Source: Eukaryota sp. GEM-RC1 (lineage: Eukaryota). Taken from it: 64,000 nucleotides of DNA. Position numbers and translations under genes: made by a program. This document shows positions 38,684 to 50,889 of this stretch, piece after piece. The notes beneath the pieces are model-generated. The model was not told the DNA's origin, did no database searches, and saw only the letters and a program-made list of their open reading frames with translations. Positions within the stretch are counted from its first letter, which is position 1. Each line of letters opens with the position of its first letter. The stretch covers positions 1,054,001 to 1,118,000 of the forward strand of contig JAUFOQ010000005.1 of NCBI GenBank assembly GCA_040285855.1. The letters are read 5' to 3'.

Positions 38684-41128
38684 TTACAAATCTTTCGTCA
38701 AAACATCTTGACCATTACTACAAACCATTACAATTGGACAACAATCCTTGGTTAGATAATCTAAATGCTCAAAATAATGTTGTGCATCAGTAAAAGGCCT
38801 AGCAACACTAACAAAAGCAACATCTGCGTTTTCTGAATGGTTTTTGATCAAGACGTTTGCATTCTCAGCAAAGGATTCAGATTTGATTGGTAACGGAATG
38901 ATCTCGAGATTGGCAGAGATTCGACAATCATCTAACAATTGATTGACCTCATTAAGACGATCATCGAAGTCACTACGAGAATCATGGCAGTAATGGAAAA
39001 CTCTAATTGTAGAATTCTTCCATGATGAAGATTTCGACAGAATATACGCAAACATTAGAGTTAAATGAATAGTTTCCCTAGCATTTGGAAGGGAAGGTTC
39101 AAGTATAGGCCACACATCAATAATAAGACGAGAATTAGAGTTTTTGACTTGGAAACGAGACTGTAAGGATCAAAAGATCAAAGTTTCTAACTGATAGTAG
39201 ATTTAATCGATGTTTCAGAACATCACGCATTGACTCCACAAACTCAGTACATCCTAAATTCCACTCTTCCTCAAATCCACCTTCTAAAAAGTGAATTAAC
39301 ACAGTATTGGGAGTCATTTGACCTAATCCAGCTAGATTAAACACTGCAAAGTTACAATCTCTGAAAGAAGCTCCATCATGAACCATTGCGAAAGCTTTAA
39401 TCTTTTCATCTTTAATCAACGTGTTAAGGTCGTTCTTCCTTGCAATGATTGATGACGACTTACATTGATCTGAAGTACTTTTGAGTAGAGATGCAATAAT
39501 GAAAAGTCCACCTTTTTCAAATTATTGACAAAATGAATAGCATTAACACACGCAGAAGCATCGGGCTCCCTAAAAACTGCTAGAATCTGTGGTCTCCAAT
39601 ACTTGACATGTTCTACTTTATCTCCCATTTTAAGAAGGTACTTACGAACAGTATGATACAACAAAGCTTGACTAACATCACCATTACATTCAGTAAACAG
39701 TCTTACGGGAGCTTTGAAATGAACGTAAAAGAAGATAATCAAAAGGAAAAGGTAAGACAGGGCGGCATAAGCTGGTGAAGATATAAACATGATAATAGTA
39801 CAGGCAACAACCCCAAACAACCCAGCTGACCAATGGAAATACTTAAAAGAAGGTCTAAAGTTAGGAGCACCAGCAATTCTGAGTAAGAAACAAGCCAAGC
39901 AGACCACAGCATAGGACAACAAGAAGAACATTGAGTCAATAGAGGCAATGCTATCAACAGAACCAAAGAAGAAGGCGACCTGGATAATCACCCACGTCAG
40001 CAGAGTGGCTATTCTGGGCTCATCACCTTTCCTACTTCCGAATTTGAAAGGGGAAAGTCCGGGGACAAGATCATCACGTGCCAAAGCTTGGAGTACACGT
40101 GATGCTCCGACGATACTGGATAAGGCAGAACCAATGAGGACAGCGTAGGCAGCGATGTTGACTACTAGTGGGGAGATACAGACTTGTTGGAGGATGAAGT
40201 AGTTGTCAAGTCTTACTTGTCGGGTAGTAGTGAAAGCTAAAAGGACATTAAGAACAACATAGGTGACCATAGCGAAGGAAAAGGCACCAAATGCCCCACG
40301 TGTGATACTTTTGGCGGGGTTCTTCAAGTCACCGCTCATGTTAACTCCAGCCATGATTCCAGTAACTGAGGGAAAGTTGATGACAAAGACTTGGCCAAAG
40401 GTGTAGAGTCGTCCGTGGGGATCTTCAGGATTAACAGTGTATCCAGAGGCTAGATTGGCTTTGAAGGTCTCCCAGTTGAAGCTAGTGAACCCCGGGGAAG
40501 AACCAGAGGGTTCAATGATGATGGAGACTATGATGAAGCCTAGAGCAATGACGACAGCGAAGAAGATGATGGAAACAGTTTTTGAGAAGATGTCCGCACC
40601 GATTAAGCAGAGGATGGTGAGAATAAAGACAACGCCACTTGATATGATGAACTTAGTCCAGAAGAGATCGTACTCAGCGTCACCGGAATGGATGAAGTTG
40701 AGGTGTGGGTAGTTGTGAAGGAGAGTATCCGTGAAACCAAGAGTGTATAGAACGCCGGCAAAAGCATTGGCAAGCCAGAACACAACACCGATTGCACCTC
40801 CGAATTCAGGTCCTAGAGCTCGGGATATGAGGTAATATGCACCGCCACCTTTCATTGTACCGTTGGTGCAGATGGATGATATAGAAAGTAAGGTATTGAA
40901 TGTGATGAATCCAGCACTAAAGGTTATGAGAAGAGCTTGTACCAAACCAGCCTGGGCTAACACCCAACCCAAACGGAGAAACAACACAACACAAAACATG
41001 GACAGGATGGTGGGGGAGAAGACTCCCGATAAAGTACCAAGCTTGTTTTTGCTAACGTTATCAGTGGAGGACGAGTCCTCGTCTTCATGGTTGATGAGCT
41101 TATCAGATATCGAATCTGTGGAAGGCAT
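38684..41128 (-). CDS. SLC12-family cation-chloride cotransporter, SLC12A9/Vhc1-like
   Basis: KLGTLSGVF..LFLRLGW, GGGAYYLISRALGPEFGGAIG, FPSVTGIMAGVNMSGDLKNP, APNFRPSFKYF, KYWRPQIL, NNLKKGGL (after restoring one A at ~39515), GLGQMTPNTV, IDVWP. Confidence 0.92.
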
Positions 41129-42233
41129 GTGAAGGGTATTCTGAAAGTGGAAAAGCTATTAGATGTAGAATGGATATTTCTAGAACATCATAATGTAACA
41201 TAATATTACAACAATAGAGTATAAGGCAGATTGCATCCAGGGGTATCCGATCAAGTGTAGAATGCATAAATGTAAGTAAGGTGTTATACGATGTATTGCA
41301 CTAAACCACAACTATTACTGAAACAACCATTGTTAACTTAAAGATGTGGTGGAGTATGGAGGGTCAAATAAGGGGAAACAACAAGAAGTTGGACTTATTG
41401 ACTACTATGGATCCACAAATGTTCCCTTATCGGTTATAGCCGCAAACAGAAACAAAAACTGTTCTGAGAACAACAGCATTCAGTAATATCATGCAGAAAC
41501 AAACAGATGGGAAGGAAATGTCATTTTCTGCCGCAATTTCATTGATCAATCTTCGTCTAAATTATAATGTCAAGTCTCAATGTTAATTGAGGAAGTTGAT
41601 GACACAACTGATGCTAAGAAGTTCAATTACTATTGAATTATGTACCTGTCCAGTCGAATGTTTGTGACACAATATGGAACACACATATTGACCAATATTA
41701 TCAGTACCAATATTGCTAAGGTTGTTCGCCAAACAATCAATATTGACAATTCAATATTTCCTAGCCATGGCTACAAGTTAGCAAACATCGGATAGCATCA
41801 ATAACGTAGATGGGAAGTACAAATAGATGTATTTTCCTGTATTTTGTATTCGTTTTAATTAGTTATGGGAAAAGACCAGACCAAACGACCACTCAAGTTT
41901 GGTCTGTACTACCAAACAGACACTGTAGTACCGGTACATTTATTTCTGATGTTGTCTATCTCTTCTTTGGTCTGGTCTGTGGTCCTTCTTTTGTTCTAGT
42001 TGCACGAATATATCACCAAAAATAACAATTTGTGTTCTTCACTTTTTCACTTCCTTGTTTTTCCTCATGGAAGTCACACAAAGATGAAACACAGGGAGTC
42101 AAATACTGGTTGTTTAAGAAGTATTAACAAGTATAAAATACATCATTCAATTGCAACAGATATAAAGAAGAAGAAGAAGAAAAAAATGTTGAGGTACGAG
42201 GAACCAATTTAACACACAAATGGCTGGTGCATG

Positions 42234-42811
42234 CAGGGGTGGGAAAACAATATTGCAATAAATGTAAATATTTTTTAGCCACAAAATAAATATTGCAATT
42301 CTGAAATAGTGCCAATAAATATTGCAATTATTCGACCAATATTGCAATATTGCAATATTGCAACAATATGAATCATATTATGTATTTATTACAAAAAACT
42401 CACATATTCTATTGTTCATCATCATCAGAAATATCCGAAATAATCTCAATATCATTATCTACATCTTCGAATTTGTATTCTATACTGCTCATGATATGTC
42501 ATGATGTCATGATATGAAGAATTTACATTGTACTTCTAGTTAACAGTCGAACTGAGTTCAAATGACAGACATTATGACAATACACCAACTAGAAACCATT
42601 ACCGATAAAGCAACTCTCATTATATTTAAACACATAAGACAACAAACCTGATTTGGAAGTCCAAACGGTGATGCAAAACAGCGAAATGAACAACTCGAAG
42701 TATATTGACCATTATTGCAATATTGCAATAATTAACCGGTGTAACAATAAATATTGCTCCACCTCAAAGAGCGGAAATAAATATTGGAGCAATATTGTTT
42801 TCCCACCCCTG
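42234..42811. mobile_element. hAT-type MITE (578 bp)
   Basis: Perfect 23-bp TIRs CAGGGGTGGGAAAACAATATTGC; TSD GGTGCATG / GGTACATG (7/8); ATTGCAAT subterminal repeats. Confidence 0.92.
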
Positions 42812-43480
42812 GGTACATGTACATACTTGTAAAATACGGAATTCTGTATGTTTTTTATTTTTTGTATTTTTCAGACAGTGTGATTTAAAATACACACTGT
42901 ATTTTACTGTATGTTTCCGAAATGCTTGACAAGTGCTTCTTCAGCTCATTTGCGTCCATTATAATGCTATCAAGTGCGTTAAACAGATGCGGTCTCCTTT
43001 CGCTTCACATCTTCCAGACCATTTGGTTCAGATTTACTTGCATTTATCAAACTCAATCTGTTAAAATGAACAAATTTAGTTCATCAACCTCTCTATGATG
43101 TAATATCTTCCTCAATTTATTTTAAGTATCCAAGCAGTAACTTCGTGAACTGAGAAAGAGGAAGTGGTACAGGACGCACATTCCATATCAGTTGAGATCA
43201 ACCTTGAACTTTTGTTGGACATCGTAGTGGTGGTTTTTGCTGAAACAAAAACATGAGTGGATTTTATCTAAATCTTGTTGTACATACAAGTAGGTTCTCC
43301 CTAGAAAACAAACAATACAGTAGATTGTTTTTACTGAAACTGTACAGCCTTCAAGCATACATCACTATAAAATCCTACCGGGACTGCTTTATCTTCACAA
43401 AAGGACTTCATTGCTAGCACTGTTCTGGCGAAGAAAAGGTGAATTCTGTCATGGCAAAAGATCATTTTTGTTCCAAGATC

Positions 43481-44968
43481 ATGTCACATGCACATCAATC
43501 TAAACAACTTTCTTGTGACTCCGGATGCTCCGATTGTGGCTCCTACTTTTCATAAACATCTTGTCAATGTCTTCATTCCTTTCGCTAAAGACATTTGTGA
43601 TTCAAGACATACCCATGGAAAAGTGTTCCATGTTCTCTTTCTTAGTCTTTCTGTGCTCACTGCCAGTCTCCTACCCCTGTTAGTTGTGTCAATTGTTACA
43701 CTGTTTAGTGTTATACCGGTGTCGTCTTCCCTTACTTACAAGGGAAGTTCTTTTTGCACTTCTTGCAACAGATCGGGATGATAAAACTCTGACTCTTGTA
43801 AGTTGTGCCCTTTGCTTATTTTTTGTCTTATTACTCCCTATTTTTTTTGATGGGAAACGCTATTCAGTGTCAAGAGAGCGGAACTAGACACAACTTTAAA
43901 CTAATGAAGTCTTTAAAATCCTTCCATTGTCTTTTTTAGTTACAATTGGACTAATACAGCTAAAATAGATACTGAGTTCGCTCAAAAGATGCTTTGTAAG
44001 GAACTTCTGCAATCATTAGAATCGGGTGAACAGTCAAATTCATCTAAAGAGAACAATAATCCACTTCCTAAAGTTGAATATGGGCTTCTGGTTTTTTTGA
44101 TTGTTGCTTTGATTGTCGGTCTGTTTGTTGGAGCTAATATTATTGTCTCTATTAATCATCCTTGGAGTCACATTTGGATTGGCCTTCTGGCCTGCTTGTT
44201 TCACGTTTTTTTTACACACTTGGTTTATTATTTTACCTCTCCTTTACCTGCTCAGGAGAGAGATGATGAAAGACTTTTTTTTGCTTCAATTTCACATCTT
44301 AGCACCTTACTTTTCATCATGTCTCATCCGTTTGGTCGTGTGGGTTGTTATCCTACTCAATTGGGTATTTATATTTTCAGTTTATCAATTTTTACATTCT
44401 TTTTTTTGATGTTATTTTTCCTTTTATGTGGTACAAGTTTAGGTCTTTAAGTAAATCATTTGAAAAACCTTTGTTTGACTTACCTGGAAGTCAAGCTAAC
44501 GTCGTGTACTACCATTTTTGAGTTTCACAGCTCAATTCTATGTTCCAACTTTTGGTTTAGTTTCATTTCCTTTAGTGTATCTTTATGGTAAGTATTTGTC
44601 TCACAGTTTAAGAAAGTGTTCACGTTTACCTTCAGCTACTTGTGACCAGGACACCATCTGCATCTATCTTGTTTTTGGAAGCAGTTATCTATTCCGTTTT
44701 CTTACTTCTTGATTACTATACATCATTAATGGTGTCGTTCTCCTGTGGAACTTTTTCTGAACAACGTTTGCGTTATGCTTCTACTTGGACATCACCCTTG
44801 TTTTTGATATTTTGTGTCTTTCTTTATGTACTTATCATGATTATTTGCATCGTGAATGACCAAATTAAAGATCAAAGGGAAATGGTTAAGTTCAACTGGC
44901 AATCGATGGAAGACTTGTACGAATCGACGAACAGAATTCGAGCTAAGATCAATTTCTTTGGAGTCTAG
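43481..44968 (+). pseudogene. Multi-pass membrane family, copy 3 (heavily frameshifted)
   Basis: ORF pieces 43488, 43684, 43989, 44518 and 44642 carry family motifs (DICDSRHTHGKVF, LLATDRD, SFTAQFYVPTFG, SCGTF). Confidence 0.8.
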
Positions 44969-45320
44969 TGTTAATACCTTTGGTTTCAGACTGGCTGTAC
45001 TACTACTTTACTTCACTCTTTATGTTCATTTATCTATTATCAGGAGTGTTAATTTGTTGAGTTCACTGTTTCTTGAACGGAAATGATTAACCCATCTATC
45101 TTAGCTACTATAGTTGACTTTGTCTTCTTTTTTCTTTCTTTTTCATCAGTATTTTGATTGTGCTATCTTCAACAAATTCGGGCTCCAGTGTATAGTTGAA
45201 GTTTTATCAAAAGCATTTATTTCACTGATTGATCATGAACACGGTTTTTTTAGTTGAAGATAATGTGTTAATTGATGAACCAGTTTTAACAGGTGTACTT
45301 AGCTATGGCAGATAGCCATA

Positions 45321-45824
45321 CATTATACTCTCTCCAATTGAAACACCTCAGTGAATGACGTTTTGTTTCAATTGGAGAGAGATTGGGTCTGCATCAATAA
45401 AACTGCTTTAAGGGATTATAGTTTTATTACGACATCAATAATACCATCATTTTGATGGACAACAGCTCAAAGACTGGTCAGTTTGCAGTTTGAACACATT
45501 TTTATTTACAAACTACCTCTAGTTCTCTTACTAGTACTACTTTAGTCATCCGTCAACATTGTGATTATTGAAAAGTCGAATGAAATACTTCATGTTGAGT
45601 TTTACTTCAACATGATTGAGTTTATAATCATACAGAGATTATAATGAACAGGATTGAATAACTATCTACTAGAAAATGGTTATAGTTCTGTAAAGAGTTG
45701 AAAAAATTGTTTCAACTATTTCGAAAAAGTGTTTGAACTGTCTCAGATTTCAATTTGGTATTAAATTACTAGGTGGCATGGGGTTTTGCTTCAATTAGAG
45801 AGGTTTCAATTGGAGACTATACTG
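45321..45824. mobile_element. Tc1/pogo-type non-autonomous element (504 bp)
   Basis: Imperfect TIRs CATTATACTCTCTCCAATTGAAAC / GTTTCAATTGGAGACTATACTG with TA flanks; internal IILMDNS resembles a pogo DDE motif. Confidence 0.75.
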
Positions 45825-46199
45825 TAGATAATATTCGCTATATTATTATTATATTTTAAATGTACAAATACGTGGTTTACTATTAAACAATCATCAATCG
45901 ACCACAATGAGGAAACTGCGTTGCTATTTATGGCTATACAACTTGACAAACGATCTTCAATTTAGTTGTGGAAAACAACATTTTCTCATTTCTTAAATTG
46001 TAAACGCTACGTCACTTATCGGACGTGTATAAATGATGTCATAAGAGACCTTATATATAATGCTGGTATGTTACAAAATTGAATCTTTTGTTCAACCACT
46101 TCTGAAATCTTTAGAATTAAATAATTGTAATGACGAAAAACAGAAACAATAATTTGGTATCATCCTTGTCTCCTGAAATGTGGGAATCTTTGTTCCCTG

Positions 46200-46920
46200 C
46201 TCACTTAAAGGAGACTCCTTTATAAAATATTTCATCTCTACCGTCTGCTGTATGTAAATTGCAAAATAAAATGACAAAGGAGTTTGAACTCTTGGACTTT
46301 AGTAGTGGTATTAGCTTGGCTAAAACTAATAGTCCCGAATTCCCTACCTTTTATCTGACCTTTGTAATAGTGGACCTTCTGGATTTATTTCTCAAATTCC
46401 TAAGGTGTTCGGATTACATCTATCTGATAATGCTTGGATAATCAATATGCGTCTTCGTGGCTATTGGGCCTGCAAATTTATTAAACTACACAACTTGCTC
46501 TTGTGGCGCTAATGGTTCTTTTCGTCATTTAATTATTTGTCGTTGTTTTATTCATCTACGTGCAGTAATTCATGATGGTTTACGTGATTCTTGCTATTTC
46601 ATGTTTAAAGCACATGGTTTTCACTCTAAAGTTGAACCAGTTTTGAATCATCTTTCAGAAAATGAATTTACTGATTAAAAAACGAGGGGATCTCCATACT
46701 CCGTGGCTAAAATCAAGTCCATTATTCAAAAAATTAACTAAAGTAGATGTTTGTAACAAATCTTGTGTTAGTAGGATATTAGATTCTTCTTTTAATCCGT
46801 TAACAGCTGCTGAAAAGCTCAAACACTCCCAGTATGACTCTCAAGTAGAAGAATTCGATCGAAACTCATATTCCAAACTTGTGTTTCAACCTTTTATTGT
46901 TTCTCTTTTTGGATCGATAA
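46200..46920 (+). mobile_element. CRE-like non-LTR retrotransposon 3' fragment (REL endonuclease)
   Basis: CSC..FRHLIIC..HDGLRD..GFHSKVEP..KRGDL..AEKLKHSQY..FQPFIVSLFG, homologous to 6880-7620. Confidence 0.78.
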
Positions 46921-47089
46921 TTTGTGATCACAATAATTCGAACATTTTTTGCACTTTGTGATCACGGTGATCACAAATCACAGATCACAGTGTGATTTGT
47001 GAAGTACAACTATGCATAAATCACATTTCGACGAAATGATTTCGTCCAAAATGTGTGATCACAATGTGATTTGTGATTACCAATCAAAG
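46915..47089. repeat. TGTGATCAC subterminal-type repeat cluster (probable transposon end)
   Basis: Multiple direct and inverted GTGAT/ATCAC motifs immediately before the 47090 element. Confidence 0.5.
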
Positions 47090-47215
47090 CATACTTGTTG
47101 ATAACAAAACCAATGTGATAACACGTGTTTGTGATAATATGTTATAACAAACATGAAATATCTTGTGATAACATATGGTCTTTATATGGTAAAATTAAAC
47201 AAAATTAATTACAAC

Positions 47216-47770
47216 CATGGAACGCAAATGTTCCGTACCGCGCCGATTTTAGGCGTACCGTACTGTACTTCTGACCAACTAAAATACATTGTTACTATTT
47301 TGAACGTGGTGATCCAATGTGAGATTTTAACAGTTACCATCGTCATAAATTCTACCGTTAAGCATTGCTCAGGATATCAAAATCGTGATTGTCACACTTA
47401 TTCAAATTTAGGGTACGTTATTTGTTGACCACAACTTCCCCAAAATGACATTTTTGCGCAAGAAGCTCAGCAGTCGCTCGCAATAAACAAAAGTATTTGC
47501 GTCTTCGAATAGCAATGCATTTATTGAGTGGCTATGACGGAATATAACAATGATAAATGGCCCAAGAACCCACAGATCGGATTTCTAAACAATCAGAAGA
47601 TGCAGTAACAATTTGCACTATCACCGTGTATGACTAGTGAATGAACATCCACTCAAAAAATAATACTTGTAAGTACATTTCGATTATTCGTAAACAGGCC
47701 TTTTTATAAAATCAATTGACATCGGTACTGATAAAATAAATCGGTACGTACCAAAGATTTGCGCACATTG
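47216..47770. mobile_element. hAT-type MITE (555 bp), nested
   Basis: Exact TSD ATTACAAC (47208-47215, 47771-47778); degenerate TIRs CATGGAACGCAAATGTT / AAGATTTGCGCACATTG; GTAC repeats. Confidence 0.8.
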
Positions 47771-47949
47771 ATTACAACCACTAACTACATGTATCGGGTT
47801 TGTATTTAGTGAAGGATTAATACAAGCTGTAGTTTGCTAGTTAACGCAAAATCATCAGTCACAACTGGAAACAGACTGTTGACCTCCACACAACACATAA
47901 AGTATATGTATTTCTCAATGATAAAAACGTTAAAAATGGACAACAATAC

Positions 47950-48473
47950 GACAGAATACAAATTTGTAATATTTCTTTGTAACTTTCGTTTGTTCAAACA
48001 TTAAAATTACAGCTTAATATCACTAATCAATGTCAAATTCGATTAGATCTCAATCCTGAGACGTGATTAGATTCTTCATTGTGATTTACCAATAACATTG
48101 AGTGTTTACCATTTACAAAGCGTATCTGGAACTTTCATCATCTCAATTTTCGTGTCGTTGATTGCGTATTTTGATCACGTCTCAATTATAAAACAATCTC
48201 AATTAATTCGTTCATCTGTTTGAAAACCAAATCAAAGTTACTGGACATAAAATGAGTTTCACAGAAGATGACCAGGAATGTTGTGTTTGTCGAATAAATT
48301 CATAGCTTAATGTTACTGATTTATGGGTTGATTTGTTATTCTGATATCTGAAACATGACTATTCGAGGCGTATGACCACTTGAATAGACAAAATGAGGTT
48401 TCTGGAAAAGTACCAAAACAACCTTTAAACCGAATTTAAAACCCCCGAAAAATACAACAAATTGTATTTCCCA
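47950..48473 (-). mobile_element. Diverged, inverted copy of the MITE at 5343-5944
   Basis: CATAGCTTAATGTTACTGATTTATGGGTTGAT (48301) is the reverse complement of 5501-5532; collinear similarity to TGTATTTCCCA at 48463-48473. Confidence 0.8.
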
Positions 48474-49062
48474 TGTCTCAAAACCTTAACATTAAAAGCT
48501 GAAGGAGAAGACAGAAACCGAATCAAAATCTGATGAAGCTGTTGTTGTATATCAGGATTCGGAGGGATTGTTGAAGAGATTGATGTTGGATGGCCAATTG
48601 ATCACAGATCGCCCCTGTGCGCAGAACATTAGAGAAAAACAGAATACAGGCTTCAGTGACCACCACTGATGAATTGCTAATAGTAGTTTTGTTTTTGTGT
48701 GCAGTAGTGGGTGAGTTTTAACAGTAAAGTGCTTAATCTCCGTATTAGTATTTCATAAACGGTTATCACAAAAGCCCTTTGTCACAACACGTGATAGTAT
48801 GTTATCACATTTTGTTATTGTGATTATGTGACAACATGTGATCCCAAACGGTAGTTGGTTGTTATCAACAAGTATGAAATCAAAGTTGTAAATAGAACAA
48901 TAGAGACACATCTATGCTTAACATGTGCTCAATCTAAATTGGAAAACACAACATACTGTATATGTAGTTGTGAGACAAGACAATAATCTTTGAACAATTA
49001 CAAAACAACAATCACGATAGCAAGATGTAATTTGTAACAAATAGAAGTCCAATACCACATGC

Positions 49063-50544
49063 ATGTCACATCAATCTAAACATCTTCTTGAGGATTCTAG
49101 TGACTCGGATACACCAAACGTGACTCCTACTTTTCATAAACATCTTGTCAATGTCTTCATTCCTTTCGCTAAAGACATTTGTGATTCAAGACATACGCAT
49201 GGAAAAGTGTTTCCAGTTCTTTTCTGAGTCTTTCTGTGCTCATTGCAAGTCTCCTACCTTTGTTAGTTGTGTCAATTGTTACACTGTTTAGTGTTACACC
49301 TGTGTCGTCTTCCCTTACTAACAATGAAGTTCTTTTTGCACTTCTTGCAACAGATCGGCATAATAATACCTTGACTATTGTGAGTTGTGCGCTCTCGTTA
49401 CTTTTTGTTCTCTTACTTCCTATGTTCGTTCTTGGATTAGCTTTCAGGTTCGATGACAGGAGAAATACAAACAACTTTAAACTAATGAATTCTTTAAAGT
49501 CCTTTCATTCTCTTTTCAGTTACAATTGGACTGATACAGCTAAATTAGATACTGAGTGCGCTCAAAAGATGCTGCGCAAGGAACTTCTTCAATTATTAGA
49601 ATCGAATACACAGTCAAATGCATCTAAAGAGAACAATAATCCATTTCCTAAAGAAGAATCTGTGCTTCTGCCGTTTTTTTTGATTACAACCTTGATTATC
49701 GTTGTGGTTGTTGGAGCTTTTTTTCTTATCTCTAATAAAATTTCCTGGAGTTACTTTTGGCTTGGCCTTCTGGCCTGCTTGTTTAACGTTCTTTTTAAAC
49801 ACATGGTTTATTATTTTACCTCCTCTTCACCTGCTCAAGAGAGAGATTCTGTTAGACTTGTATTGGTTTCAATTTCACATCTTTTGACCGTTTGTTTTAC
49901 AACTTGGACTTTATTTGATCTTGTGGGCTGTCATCCCACTAATTTTGGTATTTATGTGTTGAATTTATTAATATTAACTTTCTTTTTGATGTTATTTTAT
50001 TTTCTTTTGGTACAAGTTTAGGTCTTTAAGTAAATCATTTGAAAAGCCTTTGTTTGACTTACCTCTGAGTCAAGCTAACGTCTTTTACTACTATTTTATG
50101 AGTTTCACAGCCCAATTCTATGTTCCAACTCTTGCTTTAGTTTCATTACCTTTAGTATATTTTTATGGTAAGTATTTGTCTTACAGTTTAAGAAAGTGTT
50201 CACGTTTACCTTCAGGTACCTACAATCAGGAACACAGCTTCATTTATCTAGCTGTTGCAGGATTTGTGTATTTATTTCTCTTACTTGGATATTACTTTAC
50301 CGTGTTAATAACTTCTTTTTCTTGTGGTACTTTTTCCGAACAAAGTTTGAGTCAAGCTTCTATTTGGACTTCACCCTGGTTTTTGATATTATGTGTATTA
50401 ATTCATATACTTTTTCTCACTATTTACATTGTGAATGACCAAATCAAAGGTCAAAGGAAAATGCTTGAGTTTAACTGGCAATCAATGGATATCCTGTACG
50501 AATCGACGAAGAGAATTCATGAAGTCAATTTCTATGGAGTCTAG
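49063..50544 (+). CDS. Multi-pass membrane family, copy 4 (frameshifted)
   Basis: ATG TCA CAT CAA TCT start; ORFs 49236..50021 and 50050..50544 carry family motifs. Confidence 0.8.
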
Positions 50545-50889
50545 TTTTAAAACAATGATGGGTTTCTGATTGATTGTTCTACGTCTTCAATTAGTTGAAT
50601 TCAGTATTTCTTGAACGGAACTGATTATCCTATTTATCATGTCTGGCGCTTTATTATCTCTTGGAAAACATTATGAGGATAAGGTAGGTGAGAATTTCCA
50701 GATAGGCAATCTGGACTTTGTGGATATTGATTATTAGATGTTTGAAAAAAAATTAGTTGACTTAGTATAAATACTGTATATGCGACAATAACATATATGG
50801 CACTAAACCGAGGGAAGACTTGTAGTAGTTCAGAAAATGAAAGAAATTAGATTCTCCACATCAAACACGAGAAAAATATATAAAAGAAG

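Larger units (their letters stand above)
47090..48876. mobile_element. hAT-type non-autonomous element containing two nested MITEs
   Basis: Perfect 18-bp TIRs CATACTTGTTGATAACAA; flanks AATCAAAG and (A)AATCAAAG; GTGATAAC subterminal repeats. Confidence 0.85.

Noticed and set aside
41760..43340. Further possible MITE remnants (GACCAGACCAAA inverted pair 41873-41980; CATACTTGT start at 42822)
   Set aside because: No TIR pair with a TSD could be established.
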